Part shown: positions 52,130-64,000 of the stretch, piece by piece
Layout: every line of letters begins with the position of its first letter
Numbering within the stretch: position 1 is the stretch's first letter
Assembly: GCA_964016885.1 (NCBI GenBank)
Contig: OZ024740.1
Span: forward strand, 180,420,001-180,484,000
Length of the DNA: 64,000 nt
DNA from: Eledone cirrhosa
Lineage: Eukaryota
Direction: 5' to 3'
Made by a program: the position numbers and the translations under genes
The notes under the pieces: generated by a model
Database searches by the model: none
Told to the model about the DNA's origin: nothing
The model's input: the letters and a program-made list of their open reading frames with translations, nothing else

Positions 52130-52965
52130 AACATTGAATTGAACTGTAACTGTAGAAGGAAATCTGAATGCCCTTTACAAAATAATATCCTTGACAGGAT
52201 ATAGTATATAACTGTACCATTAAGACAAATAATAATAATATCTATAACTACATTGGTGCCACTTCATCGAACTTTAAGTTTCGCTTTTCCAATCATAAAC
52301 ATTCATTCTCTAATCCAGATAAAATATTTTCTACATCATTATCACAATTAATATGGTCTTTAAAAGAAAAAAAATATTAAATATTCAATTTCTTGGAGTA
52401 AACTAAAGGATTCTGATTCCTATCGGACGCTTCCATTTCACCAATTGCAATCTTTGCAATTTGGAAACTCCATTAATAATTACAAATTATGGTAATTTCA
52501 TTAATAAGAAAACACATTTATTCGGAAGTTGTCTACATCAGTCTGGAAGAACCTTTCAAGCATTATACAAATTTCGAAAAAAATACTATGAAGAAAAAAA
52601 TATTGACTATTAATAATTCGTGAAATATTTGTATTATTATTATTATATATATAACGTTTTGCCTTACCTTGAAAATTGTATATCGTTTTTATATAGTAAA
52701 TTCATCTGATGATGAGACTCGGTATCCTAAGTTTGGATTTAGAATGGTCATTGTGTGCCTAGAAACTTCTGAATTTGCAGTTTGAAATATATTTCGGCTT
52801 TCTAGTACTTAAATATCTTAAATGTTAAAATACGTTGAACGAGTTATCCTCCTTTGTTTACATTCTTCGTAAATAATTTTTTTCTGTCCAAATGGATTGA
52901 TAATGTATATTTAATATGATTTATACAGTTTAATAATATACGAAAAATCCTTAAAAGGAAACTAT
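52130..52965 (+). mobile_element. PLE GIY-YIG remnant with 3' non-coding end and decayed HHR (52696-52778)
   Basis: CNCRRKSECPL...YNCTI...YIGATSSNFKFRFSNHKHSF...CNLC. GTAAATTCA-T-CTGATGA...GAAAC-TTC-TGAATTTGC. Confidence 0.75.
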
Positions 52966-53719
52966 ATATAATAAGATGTAATTACAGAAGTAAAATCGAA
53001 ATAATAATACTTTTAAGAGTAAATATAACTACTAATTAATCATGTAATGAAATAACAATCAATGAATTGAAATGATTTTATAATGAAAATAGAATAATTC
53101 AGATAATAATTCTTAACATTATATAAAATACATATACTAATGGCGATATATGCATAGGTTTTAGTATATATGCTTATACATATTGAATAGGTATTTAAAC
53201 TTGCTTTAAAGATAAAAATGATTTTGAATACTGTAACAAAATATTTAGTAAATATATTAATTAAACTATGCTTCTGATTACTATAGAAAATATTTTTATA
53301 TAGTTTAATTTTGATATAATATAGTATATTTAGCTTAAACTAACCAAATACAAAATATATTTAAAAAATTAATGGTATTTAATTGGTCGCTCATATTTGC
53401 TCTAATATTTGAAAGCAACGGTCACACATCATTTCTCTTTCTTTCTTTCTTTTTTTGCCGTTACGTCTTTCTTCTTCTCTCTTCTATCTCTGTCTCTTCC
53501 TTTTTCTTTCCTAACAGGTATATTTAAATATTTATGTATGTATTTATTTATTTTCTTCTTGCATTTCCTTATACTCACCCCCTTCTTCTTCATTAAATTT
53601 AAGTTTATCATGTTATTATTTGTGGTATATAAATGTTGAGATTTGTTGTAATAAATCCCTGCCAATACTGGAATTGAACCATCAAGGCCGTTGAGGTATG
53701 TCATACAACAATTCATGTA

Positions 53720-53764
53720 TTTTATCTGACGAGGACGCACAGTACCTTCGAAATATACATAAAA
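53720..53764 (+). ncRNA. Decayed minimal hammerhead-like motif
   Basis: TTTTAT-CTGACGA-GGACGCACAGTACCTTC-GAAA-TATA-C-ATAAAA. 6-bp stem I; one base missing at the UH site; ~50 nt upstream of (TA)n. Confidence 0.5.
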
Positions 53765-53808
53765 AACACATTTTAATTATATGAATGTCTTCGTTTATTA
53801 ATATTCTG

Positions 53809-53858
<50 letters not shown>

Positions 53859-54361
53859 GTGTGTGTGTGTTTTTGTGTGGAAGTATGTATGTTACATATA
53901 TATATACTATTATTATACATTAATACATTTTTGTGTATAATCTATGTACAAATGGATTTTAGGATCTTCTAAAATTCGGAATATTGAACAAATATATAAT
54001 CGTATTTGTAACCTCCATAGAAATTACGTTTATAAAAGATTTGTTTAAATACAACATATTCCAATATAATACCTAGGGCATACAAACCACAGACTATGTC
54101 AATTTCTATAATATTCACGGCATTTTCTTTATTACGACTAGTTATATATTTTTTTTATATATATGAAGTAGAAATTTATGTATGGAATATATCATGTGAA
54201 TTCATTTTAATAGAACAAGAAAAAAATGAAAATTGAGGCTGAGAAGAAAGGATGAACTATGAAACAGCAAAATATATACAAGAAAAAAAATGCCGAAAAT
54301 GATGGGAATGTCATGGACATTAGTGTCACAGAGGAATGGGGAGGGGAAACAATGATTGGGC

Positions 54362-54785
54362 TCTGGGCCTAGGGCACGGCAGTAAAGAGGCTGCGCTCGG
54401 CAACCAGTGACACCCGGTGCAAGAGAAACCCCATCTCACTGGGCTCGTACCTCAAATAGGCTGCCGACGTTACAATCTTGCGAATTAGCTCCACTATACG
54501 GGATCCAAGTTCTCGTGAGGTTTCGACGATGACCGGTGCGGAAAGGAAGCAGTCGGACAATTCCCGGTATTTGTCGATCTCCCTTTCCGCTGCAAGATGG
54601 CATCCGGTAACGGGGTTTGTGGCCGAATCGACTATTTTGGAGGTAGAGAACCTGTCACCAAATGTGGTGTCCCAGATCAGGGATATACCTCCTTCAAATT
54701 GGAAGAAAGTGATTCCAACGGGTCGCTTGCCGTCTCCGTTATCAAGGCCTGCTGGCTCCAGTTGTGATGGAAAGCCAGCTGCGTT
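54362..54785 (-). pseudogene. 3' fragment of a CRE-like RLE non-LTR retrotransposon
   Basis: LEPAGLDNGDGKRPVGIT...LIWDTT..D...AAEREIDKYRELSDCFLSAPVIVET (RLE domain pattern). Confidence 0.75.
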
Positions 54786-55077
54786 TATATTCTTTTCGAT
54801 CTATGCTTCACATATCTGTTTCATGTTTCGTTTTGCTTAACTTTGATGAAACAGATCTCTACCAATATAATTATTCATCTATCTATTGGAACCTCTTTAT
54901 GCATATCTTATATATATATATATATATATATAAGTAAGAATATTTTCGAATCGGCGAGTTGGTTTGAAATTATTTGAAGTTAAATCTATCGTCGTATTTT
55001 GACTAAAAAAATTAAAGAAATTATTTAGCCTGATAGTGGGGTTAAGAACCCTCGGAGAAATGGAAAAAGATGAGTAT

Positions 55078-55149
55078 TGACGTATATGGGAGTCGAACCC
55101 ACATCTTTGGTTATCCGGGCCACTGTGCTACCATTTACGCCAACACATC
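55078..55149 (-). pseudogene. tRNA-like sequence (pseudogene or SINE head)
   Basis: 7-bp acceptor GATGTGT/ATACGTC, A box TGGCGTAAATGG, T arm GTGGG-TTCGACT-CCCAT. The anticodon stem is mismatched. Confidence 0.6.
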
Positions 55150-55150
55150 A

Positions 55151-55193
<43 letters not shown>

Positions 55194-55290
55194 GCCATTA
55201 AGGCACGTGTTGACAACGAAATGTGGGGGGGATAATTATTTATATATATATATATATACGCAGACATACCCACACAAGACTATACATATA

Positions 55291-55330
<40 letters not shown>

Positions 55331-55354
<24 letters not shown>

Positions 55355-55545
55355 AACGAGTAGGAAACCGACGGCTGAGCTCAAGCCGTTTCGACGGCTA
55401 ATTCTGGACTCAGAATTAGCCGTCGAAACGGCTTGAGCTCAGCCGTCGAGGTCCTACTCGTTCCTATTACCCACTCTACTACCCTAAGTATTGAGTACTT
55501 TGGTGCGTTATGGCTCATCTGGTTCCTTACCACATTTCCTTCGTT
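55331..55545 (+). mobile_element. Family B palindromic mini-element (longest arms)
   Basis: ~66 bp arms centred at 55407-55410. Contains GAAACGGCT-TGAGCTC-AGCCGTC; (TA)n flanks. Confidence 0.85.
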
Positions 55546-56339
55546 ATATATATATATATTAATTCAAAATATTAACAAATATAGACATTTATGTGATCAA
55601 GTATATTTTATTATACATATTTCAGAGGTACTGAGCTATATTCAACAGTACGTCCTCATTAGATAACATACGTTGATGCCTGACATACCTTGACTATGTT
55701 GATGGTTAAAATTCAGTCATGGCAGTGAATTAGTTATAACAAAACTCAAATACTGCATGGTTGCACATGGATTACATATTATAAAATTAGTCCCTCATCA
55801 GTGATTTGCCAACGATCATTGGTATTTCATCGCATTAAAAATCATATACCTCACGTTGGTGCGAGCAATAACTAAAATAAGATGTTGGGACAAGTGAAAC
55901 GCGTAAAGCGAGTGAGACAAGTAAACAGCAAGGAAAAGCTAACCGAAGATGGGAAGAAAAACAAGCAACATGGTTATTCGATCAGTATAAGCTGGGTGAA
56001 TTCATGAGCGCTTAGCAAACAGACCTTTCGCTGTGAATGAGATGTGAGAAACAAGGAATCCGACTCCTAGCGAACGGGAGGAAGTGAGAAGGGGGAGAAA
56101 CAGAGAGTGAGTGAGTGGAAGTGCGAGGAAGAGGTCTGTCGAGAGAAAGTGTTAACTGACAGAGGGGACGAAAGAAAGTAAGAGAAACAGAGAGAACGAG
56201 GAAGCAGTAAGAGAGAAAGAGAGAAACAAGTAATCGCAGTTTAGGTAAATATATGAAAAATATGGGGAGAAGAATACTGCATGGTTGCACATGGATTACA
56301 TATATATATATATATATATATACATATCTACTGAAACTA

Positions 56340-56394
56340 AAAAAAAACATGTGAGCGCAGGGTAAGTATTTCGAAAAACGTTACACACTATATA

Positions 56395-56439
<45 letters not shown>

Positions 56440-56985
56440 GCGTGTGCGTGTGTGCGTGTGTGTGTGCGCGCGCGCGTGTGTGTTTGTCTCTCTCTCTCTC
56501 TATATATATATATACACACTATGCATACACACACACACACACACAGCTACGTCGTAATGTCGTAATGCAGACACCCATACATAGAGGCAGATATTTTAAG
56601 GGCGCAACGTTATATATTTCTATCTATCTAAAAAGAGAAAGACTAAGAGTTATAGAGAGAGATCGCTACATCGCCTAATGGGGTCCCTAGGATTTTGAAA
56701 AATTGAAATTGTTTTAGCTCAAAACACTCGCAGCACCATAAGTATTACATGTGTAAAGTTGAACACAATCGGTTGGGTGGTTCTCGAGTTTTAGGGAGTC
56801 AGACAGACAGAGAGACATTCTCTGTTTAAGATATATAGACTAATAGAATGGCCCGGCGTTGCTCGGGATTTGCTTTAGCGTTCTTATATATTTGATATAT
56901 ATTTATCCTTATCGAGCCTCGTGAAATAAATATGTTTCTTTATATTTTGTTATTGTGTATGCCAAAATATCTGTACACGAATATA

Positions 56986-57039
<54 letters not shown>

Positions 57040-57380
57040 TAACAGATTGAAGTTTAAGCAAATATTCGCAGCTTTCACCCTTAACGGGACCTTCTGAAAC
57101 TAAAATAAAAAAATTAAATCTTTGAACGCAGAAGTAAATATTTCGAAAACCATTACACACTGTATATACACGTATACACACACACACAGCTACGTCATAA
57201 TGTCGTAATGCAGACAGCCAGGCATACAGACAGAGGTTGACTTTGCCTTTCATCCTTACGGGGTCGATAAAATAAAGTACCAGTAATGCACTGGTTAATT
57301 GCTGGCCTTGTGCCTAAAGAAGAAACAATTATAATGGCGCAACGTTATATTTATGTAACTATCTATAAAGAGAAAGACTA

Positions 57381-57420
<40 letters not shown>

Positions 57421-57630
57421 GGAGAGAGAGAGTGATAGAGAGAAAGAGAAAAATCGCTAAATCGCCTAATGCGGTCCCTAAGGCATTGAACATTTGAATT
57501 TGTGTTGCTAAGGTCCATACGTATTACATGTATAATGTTTGAAATCAATTGGTTGGGTGGTTCTCGAGTGTTAGTGATCGGACAGACAGACAGACAGACA
57601 GACAAGTATTCTCTGTTTTAGATATATAGA
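56340..57630 (+). mobile_element. Two tandem non-autonomous Helitron/Helentron-like units (junction ~56838)
   Basis: Second unit starts ACTAATAGAATGGCCCGGCGTTGCTCGGG. Both end CAGACAGACA...TTCTCTGTTT.AGATATATAGA and share CAGCTACGTC.TAATGTCGTAATGCAGACA. Confidence 0.6.
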
Positions 57631-58342
57631 TAATGAATAAATAATATTTTCGAAAAATACATAAGTGGAAACAAAACATTGCAAAATGGAAAAATATCTT
57701 ACCTTCTCCAATAAAAAGTATTGTGTATCTTACGAAATCCAGAGACTTTCATTAACGACCAGAAATCGACCCTAAATATTAATAATAGGTCTAGGAAAAC
57801 CATGAAACACACGACATATTTTTAACTTTGATTTTGAAAGTAGGTTTATAATTATCAATTTCCATTATACTTTCGTAGCCGGTGCTGATTCTGGCCTGAA
57901 GTTCGATCCTCGTAGGGAGAAGGGTTATCGGTAAACCTTTTCAGTATTTTTTTTGTATTGGTTGTAAAATAAAAATTGAAAAAGTTTTACATGTATCTCT
58001 TGACCATGATTGAAGGCACGGCCAGGGTCTCCACCGGCTCTAGTATCTGCCGCTAGGCCACAGAGACCAGTACGAAAATCTTACGAAAATTCATATTTAT
58101 AAACCTACTTTCAGCCTTTTCAAAACAAAGTGTTGTGGTGTCGTTCATATCTTTCTTAATGTTATTGCTGCTACTTAAGGCCCACTGCTAAATCATTTGG
58201 GTGTTCCATAAACTACATCCTCGTTTTGTTTCTCATCAATCTAGACAACATTTAACCTATAATCCATGTTTCATTTCAGTTGAAACTCATTTATCACCCT
58301 TCTCTCTCTTTCTCTCTGTGATATTTCAATCTACTATGAGTA

Positions 58343-58613
58343 GGGCTTACCTTATTTCTATATATATGTTTTTTGCTTATCAGTTAGATTCAAACTTACA
58401 ATGATTGACACTATGTATATTGGTTGCCAGATGAAGGGAGCCAACCTACATATAAAATCCTATCATTTAATTTATATACTGAATAAATAAAATTTTCAAA
58501 AATTACATTAGTGGAAACAAAGCAGTGTAATCAAATTTTTGCGGAAAAATATTTTATCTTCACAAAAAAAAATCCAGTGACTTTCAATAATAACATTTGG
58601 TTTTTCACACTCA

Positions 58614-58709
<96 letters not shown>

Positions 58710-58913
58710 ATATATATATAGAAAAGCTTCTACAGGACGAGAATTGTTTCATAGTGTGTGTGTGAGAGAGGGAGAGATTGATAGATACAGACACACACAC
58801 ACTGGCGCTCACACACACACATATATATGTGTGTGTGTGTGTATCTACCAATCTCTCTCTCTCCCTCAAACACACGAATGCAACAGTTCTAATCCTGTAG
58901 AAGCTTATATATA

Positions 58914-58992
<79 letters not shown>

Positions 58993-59110
58993 ATATATAT
59001 AGAGTGAGTGTGAAAAACCAAATGTCATTATTGAAAGTCACTGGATTTTTTAATATATATTTATACTCATCGAGCCCTCTTTGGATTTTAGTCTTCAGAT
59101 TTATTATTGT

Positions 59111-59152
<42 letters not shown>

Positions 59153-59255
59153 TTCGTTAGAAATCATCAAGCTTTTCTATATTAAAACATTTATAATCTG
59201 CTACGTATTGAGTACCTTACTTACCGTGGTTACCCCCCGATTCAACCTGGAGTAA

Positions 59256-59318
<63 letters not shown>

Positions 59319-59630
59319 ATAAATGTATATATCGAGTGAGTGTGGAATACCAAAGGTCATTATTGAAAGTCACTGGATTTCGCAAAATACATAATAGTTG
59401 TTCTTTTTTGTGAAGATAAGATAGTTTTCCTTGAAGATTTGATTACAACTGCTTTGTTTCCACTTATTTATTTTTTGAAAACGTTATATTTTCAGTATAT
59501 AAATTAAATGATAGCTTTTATTTGTAGGTTGGCTCCCTTCATCTGGGAACCAATATATATAGTGTCAATAATTGTATGTTTGAATCTAACTGACAAGCAA
59601 AAAACATATATATAGGAATAAGGTAAGCCC
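58343..59630. mobile_element. Non-autonomous long-TIR (foldback) DNA element with TA flanks
   Basis: ~270-295 bp TIRs (58343-58615 / 59334-59630) ending TA-GGGCTTACCTTATT...AATAAGGTAAGCCC-TA. The centre is filled by (TA)n and family A pieces. Confidence 0.75.
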
Positions 59631-60129
59631 TATTAAAATCAATATATATGGGGTATACTATTTAATTATTATTTATATCAACAAGTAAATAAAGGAAATT
59701 GCTAGAATGATTTATAAACGTAGAAAAACATATGATGTCATAGTGTGTTTACAAAATCTACGAAGGTTTGATCGAACATTTAAGGCTCTCGAAAAAAAGG
59801 TCAAATGCTTAATATATGCTGAGAAATCAAAATTAATACATTGTAGAATATTTTACTTTTTCTCCTTCTTCTTTCCTTTTTTCCTATTTTCCTATCTTTT
59901 TCTTACTCTTATATTTTCTGATGCTGCTGCTATATTTTCTGATGCTACTACTACTACTACTACTACTAATAATAATAAAAATAATAATAATCATCATCAT
60001 CATCATTCGTCGACTACTGTCGAGATGATGGATATCACTCTCATGCCCCAGAATTCCCTGTCCCCCATCGCTGCCCCAGGTCGTGTCTACTGATTCCCGT
60101 ATCCCTAGAGCGGATATGATTTCATAATA

Positions 60130-60284
60130 CTATTACTACTACACCTACTACTACTACTACTACTAATAATGATACTACTACTACTACTACTGTTACTACT
60201 ACTACTACTACTACTATTACTACTACTGCTGCTACTACTACTAGGGCGACTCCTGCTGCTGCTACTACTGCTGATGCTGCTGCT

Positions 60285-60320
<36 letters not shown>
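60130..60320. repeat. (CTA)n/(CTG)n compound microsatellite
   Basis: Direct reading. Confidence 0.9.
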
Positions 60321-60327
<7 letters not shown>

Positions 60328-62820
60328 AGCCACCTAGCTGATGAAGTCTACGATATACCACAGCAACTATAGCAACTTCTTCCAGCATTTCAATTTCAAA
60401 TATATTTCTTTATATCATACATCGAAATATAAACCAGTCTGATGCTAATATGAATTTTGTTTTGATATTGCTTTATATTGCGTTGTCTTCTAATCTTCTC
60501 AATTATGCATTGTCCATTCACCCTGAATACAAGATTTCTTATATATGCATGTATTCATATTATCCATGCTGCAGTGAAACCATGATGAAATATCGGCTAG
60601 TGAAAATATTTCTTTTCATCTAAGATTCCATGCGATTTGATGCAATGTTTCGGATCTCGTCATTTTCCAATATGGAAGCAGCATGATAACACATGAATGC
60701 AAATTAAATCTGGTTATATTTTACTTAGTGTTCATATATTGAAATATAACCAAATTAACAGGTAGGAGAAGAATGAGAAAATGTGTCAGTAGAAATCGGA
60801 AATCAATTGCTTTGGCTTTCCAGTGAAATATATATATATACATGATGATACCTAGCGTTGTCGTTATATGACCAACTAACTCTTCTGGGTGTCGGTGAAG
60901 TGCAACTAGTGGAACCACGAAATTACTGGTACATATTCTATGATGTCTATAAATTACCCTTTTGACATGAATTTGTTGCGCTTCAGGACCGTGTAATATT
61001 TCAACGAGGGTAAATTTATGTTGATTAATACTACACCAGCACGTTACTGGTGATTTATTTTTTCGACCCAATAAGGATGAAAGACAAAGCTAACTTGTGT
61101 TCGTCATATTGCCTTTACGCTGGTCGTGAAAGTACTACCCGATTATTTATAATTTTTGTTTTCAAGATCATTAGATTGTTGTTTTAATGGTTGTACGGGG
61201 GTGGTTGTTCGTCCATTAATGTCCTCGTGGATGCAATATTTCCTGCTAGTTAATTTTGCTTATGATTTTGTTCTTATTTACCTTGCTGCTACTGCTACTA
61301 CTTATGATGTCGCTTCTGTTTTTTTTATATTTTTTGTTCATGTGATGTTCTCTTAGTAGCTGACCATATACAAGCTGTGCTTGTATATGGTCAGTTTCTT
61401 TAGAGGAGACATATTTAAACTGTAACCCCTGTTAACACTTGTGGGGAAGGAACACTATTATGTTTACTTCAGTACGTAGTTGGTAATTTACTCTAATGAA
61501 CTAAGTGTCGAGCGACTAATTTAGAGCAACTTATCTTGAACAAATACATCAAATAATTTTTTCGTTGATTTTGTCGAATAGAAACTTAAAAGATTCTTCT
61601 CTAGTGTTTGTGATAAATTGATATGATGGATATCGAATTTAATCTATTCATTTCATTTGTTTTGTTATTTTGTTTTTTGTTGTGTTAATATATCTATCTT
61701 TCTAAAACGTTGTTGAGTACCGGCATATTAGGTTTTCCTGATGGGTTATAGATTACATAAATATTACATGAACAAAGGAAGAATCGAAGAACATATATTG
61801 AAAACATGTATATATTGAAACAAGAAAATACATAATGTTTCTATTTCATACCCTCTTGATTCGAAATAAAATATTCGTAGAATGTCTTCTCAAAAGAAGC
61901 AAAACAAGGAAAATATTAGTAAATTGGAGTTATTGCTAACATTATTGAATGTTAAAGTAAAACTTGTATCAGATATCATTTCTTATATTAAACAATATAT
62001 TTATCAAATGAATATATCCAACGTTCCTTCTAATTATCATATTATGTGCTTTGAAAACAATCCTTTGAAGGCTGTCATATATCATAAGAACCTCGATGTA
62101 TTATCTGATTCAAATGCCTTTGGAGCAATAATATTTCGCATTTTCTTATGAAAAGTTCGCTACAGACAAACAGACACACACATTTGAGGAAGCGTATTGA
62201 AACTGACATTGATGTTTAATGACAGAAGAGATAAAAGTGTGTAGTATGAAATAAAAATATATATATATATATATTAGTAAGAAAAGAAAGGAAGGAGGAT
62301 AGAAAGAAAGTAATACATTATGTGAGATAAAGAACATCCGCATAAGTATTATATAATTATTGATACGTTATATCGAGAAATACACATATACATATGTTCG
62401 ACTGAAGTGATCTCACAGTCATATTTGGAGTATAAAATATACATTGGAAATCATTATTTCAAACTTACACGGTTTGAACAGCCCGGTTTATTCAACACGA
62501 AAACATGAAAACCCAATATTTATGAACTCCTGAATGACTAGGGACAAATCTATGAACATGCCAGTAGTGTTGCGGAGGTCCGTAGAGAAACTAATGGCTA
62601 GAAATATAACTCAGCAGTGTTTTTGAGAACTGCGATTTACACTAACTTATCTCTTAATAGAGAAAGAACCAACTCAATAAGAGAGATGTGCAAGGTTTGC
62701 AATTGTGTCTCCGAGATGCTGAGATTTTGGAATTATAAAAAAGAATTCAATTGCAGGATCACATCGACATTAAAATTGTAAAGACAACTACATTGCAGGA
62801 AACTCGTTGACGTTCAAATT

Positions 62821-62965
62821 AGAGTGGTGCATGGCTTAGTGTTTAGAGCATTGGATTTGCAATCGAAAGGTTGTGAGTTCAATACTCGGACCTGGTGATG
62901 TGTTGTTTCCTTGAACAAGAGACTTTATTTCACGTTGCCCCAGTTTACTCAGCTGTAGAAATGAG
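62821..62965 (+). mobile_element. tRNA-derived SINE (CORE-like body)
   Basis: A box TGGCTTAGTGTTTAG, B box GAGTTCAATAC, then CCTTGAACAAGAGACTT...TACTCAGCTGT. Confidence 0.65.
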
Positions 62966-63230
62966 ATGATAGGACTGGGGTCCTATCATGAAATCGACCA
63001 ACACACCTCCAACGAGATATATCTCGGAGGAGGCCAGCTAAACCTACATAGGTGTGAGCTGTCACACAAATTAGAGTAAAAATACGGGAGGGAATTGAGC
63101 TGGGAATTGTGAATGTAAATCAAAATAAACTACAAAATGATTGTATCACAAAAGAGAGTATGAGGTGAAAAGACGGCGAAGGAGAAGAATACCAAGAGAG
63201 ATGTGATGATATTTCATTATATTTATAAAG

Positions 63231-63460
63231 GGCAAGGCTATGGATTGTTAGAATTGCTAGAGCGTCGGACACATTTCGTGGCAGCATTTAGTTATGACCA
63301 GTTACGTTCTGAGTTCAAATCCCACAGCTGTTAACCTTGACATTCATCGTTCAGCTGTCTATGAAATAAAGTAAAAATCAACTATTAGAGTTTATTTAAT
63401 CAACGTTGACGTTCCTATAAATTAGTTGAATTCGTCGCTAAATTAGAAACCGTTATTAGT
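63231..63460 (+). mobile_element. Decayed tRNA-derived SINE (family of 51898-52088)
   Basis: GAGTTCAAATCCC B box, TTCATC...ATAAAGTA domain, 3' TAGAAAC..TTATTA. Confidence 0.55.
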
Positions 63461-64000
63461 TTGAAAAAAATCGCTACAACTCAGCAAATGCTTCGCAATC
63501 ATATCTACCGTAAATAGAAAGGACAGGAAAGAGAAATAGACATTTATCATGGCAAATGCATATTTGTCTGATTCTATGACCATTCTATGACCATTTTAAT
63601 GCATATGTTTTTGAGAGAGAGAGAGTGAAAGATTGTGTCGGGGAATGGTTTCTTTACGGCGAACAGTAAAGTTACGGGACAACAATAAACAGTAAACTTA
63701 AACGCAGATGCATACAATTATGCACACGCAAACACAGGAACACACACGCACACGTACACATCCCCATATATATATGTTATATGCCCAAGTGCAGGAATGC
63801 TATAATGATAGCTTATAAAATAGGGGGAAGTCCTTTAAAATACGGAAAAATTTGCCAACGACCTCCATGAAGAATTGACCCATATATTTTGTAGCTACTA
63901 TCTGGAAAATACGGGGTTCAATTCCTCATAGAGGTCGTTAGCAAATTCTTTTTTCCATCTTTTAACGGTTTTCAACCTATTTTATGAGCTATCTTTATAG

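Noticed and set aside
53490-53701. Possible host exon (polypyrimidine-CTAACAG acceptor, GAG/GTATGT donor)
   Set aside because: Frames contain stops or give low-complexity peptide, and the segment lies in what looks like a PLE 3' end. Needs RNA-seq.
60721-61071. 116-aa non-repetitive ORF
   Set aside because: No recognisable domain, non-ATG start, and it begins within a SINE fragment.

Overview
Eukaryotic, AT-rich, microsatellite-dense animal DNA with no host protein-coding exon I can support. The repeat landscape and one SINE type suggest a cephalopod such as Octopus (inference). Most short ORFs in the track are (TA)n/(CA)n/(CT)n artefacts. The window is a transposon nest. It holds: several Penelope-like elements (PLEs; RT + C-terminal GIY-YIG) in (TA)n, including a 7.7 kb tandem/inverted concatemer; an apparently intact 6 kb Tx1/L1-clade LINE (ORF1 + 1139-aa ORF2) and two decayed relatives, all bordering (TTA)n; an R4/Dong-type RLE element in the same (TAA)n tract; a decayed RTE LINE with an HDV-like fold at its 5' end; a deleted mariner; hAT, CRE and Helitron-like remnants; and tRNA-derived SINEs. 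The most striking unannotated signal is a set of type I hammerhead ribozyme (HHR) motifs from several unrelated repeat families. These include a young, non-coding, highly structured 465-nt retrozyme-like unit with an intact HHR (46246-47120), a variant core with a U3:A8 covariation in three copies, and small palindromic elements whose inversion points fall in or beside the ribozyme. All RNA structures were read by eye and need computational and biochemical testing.
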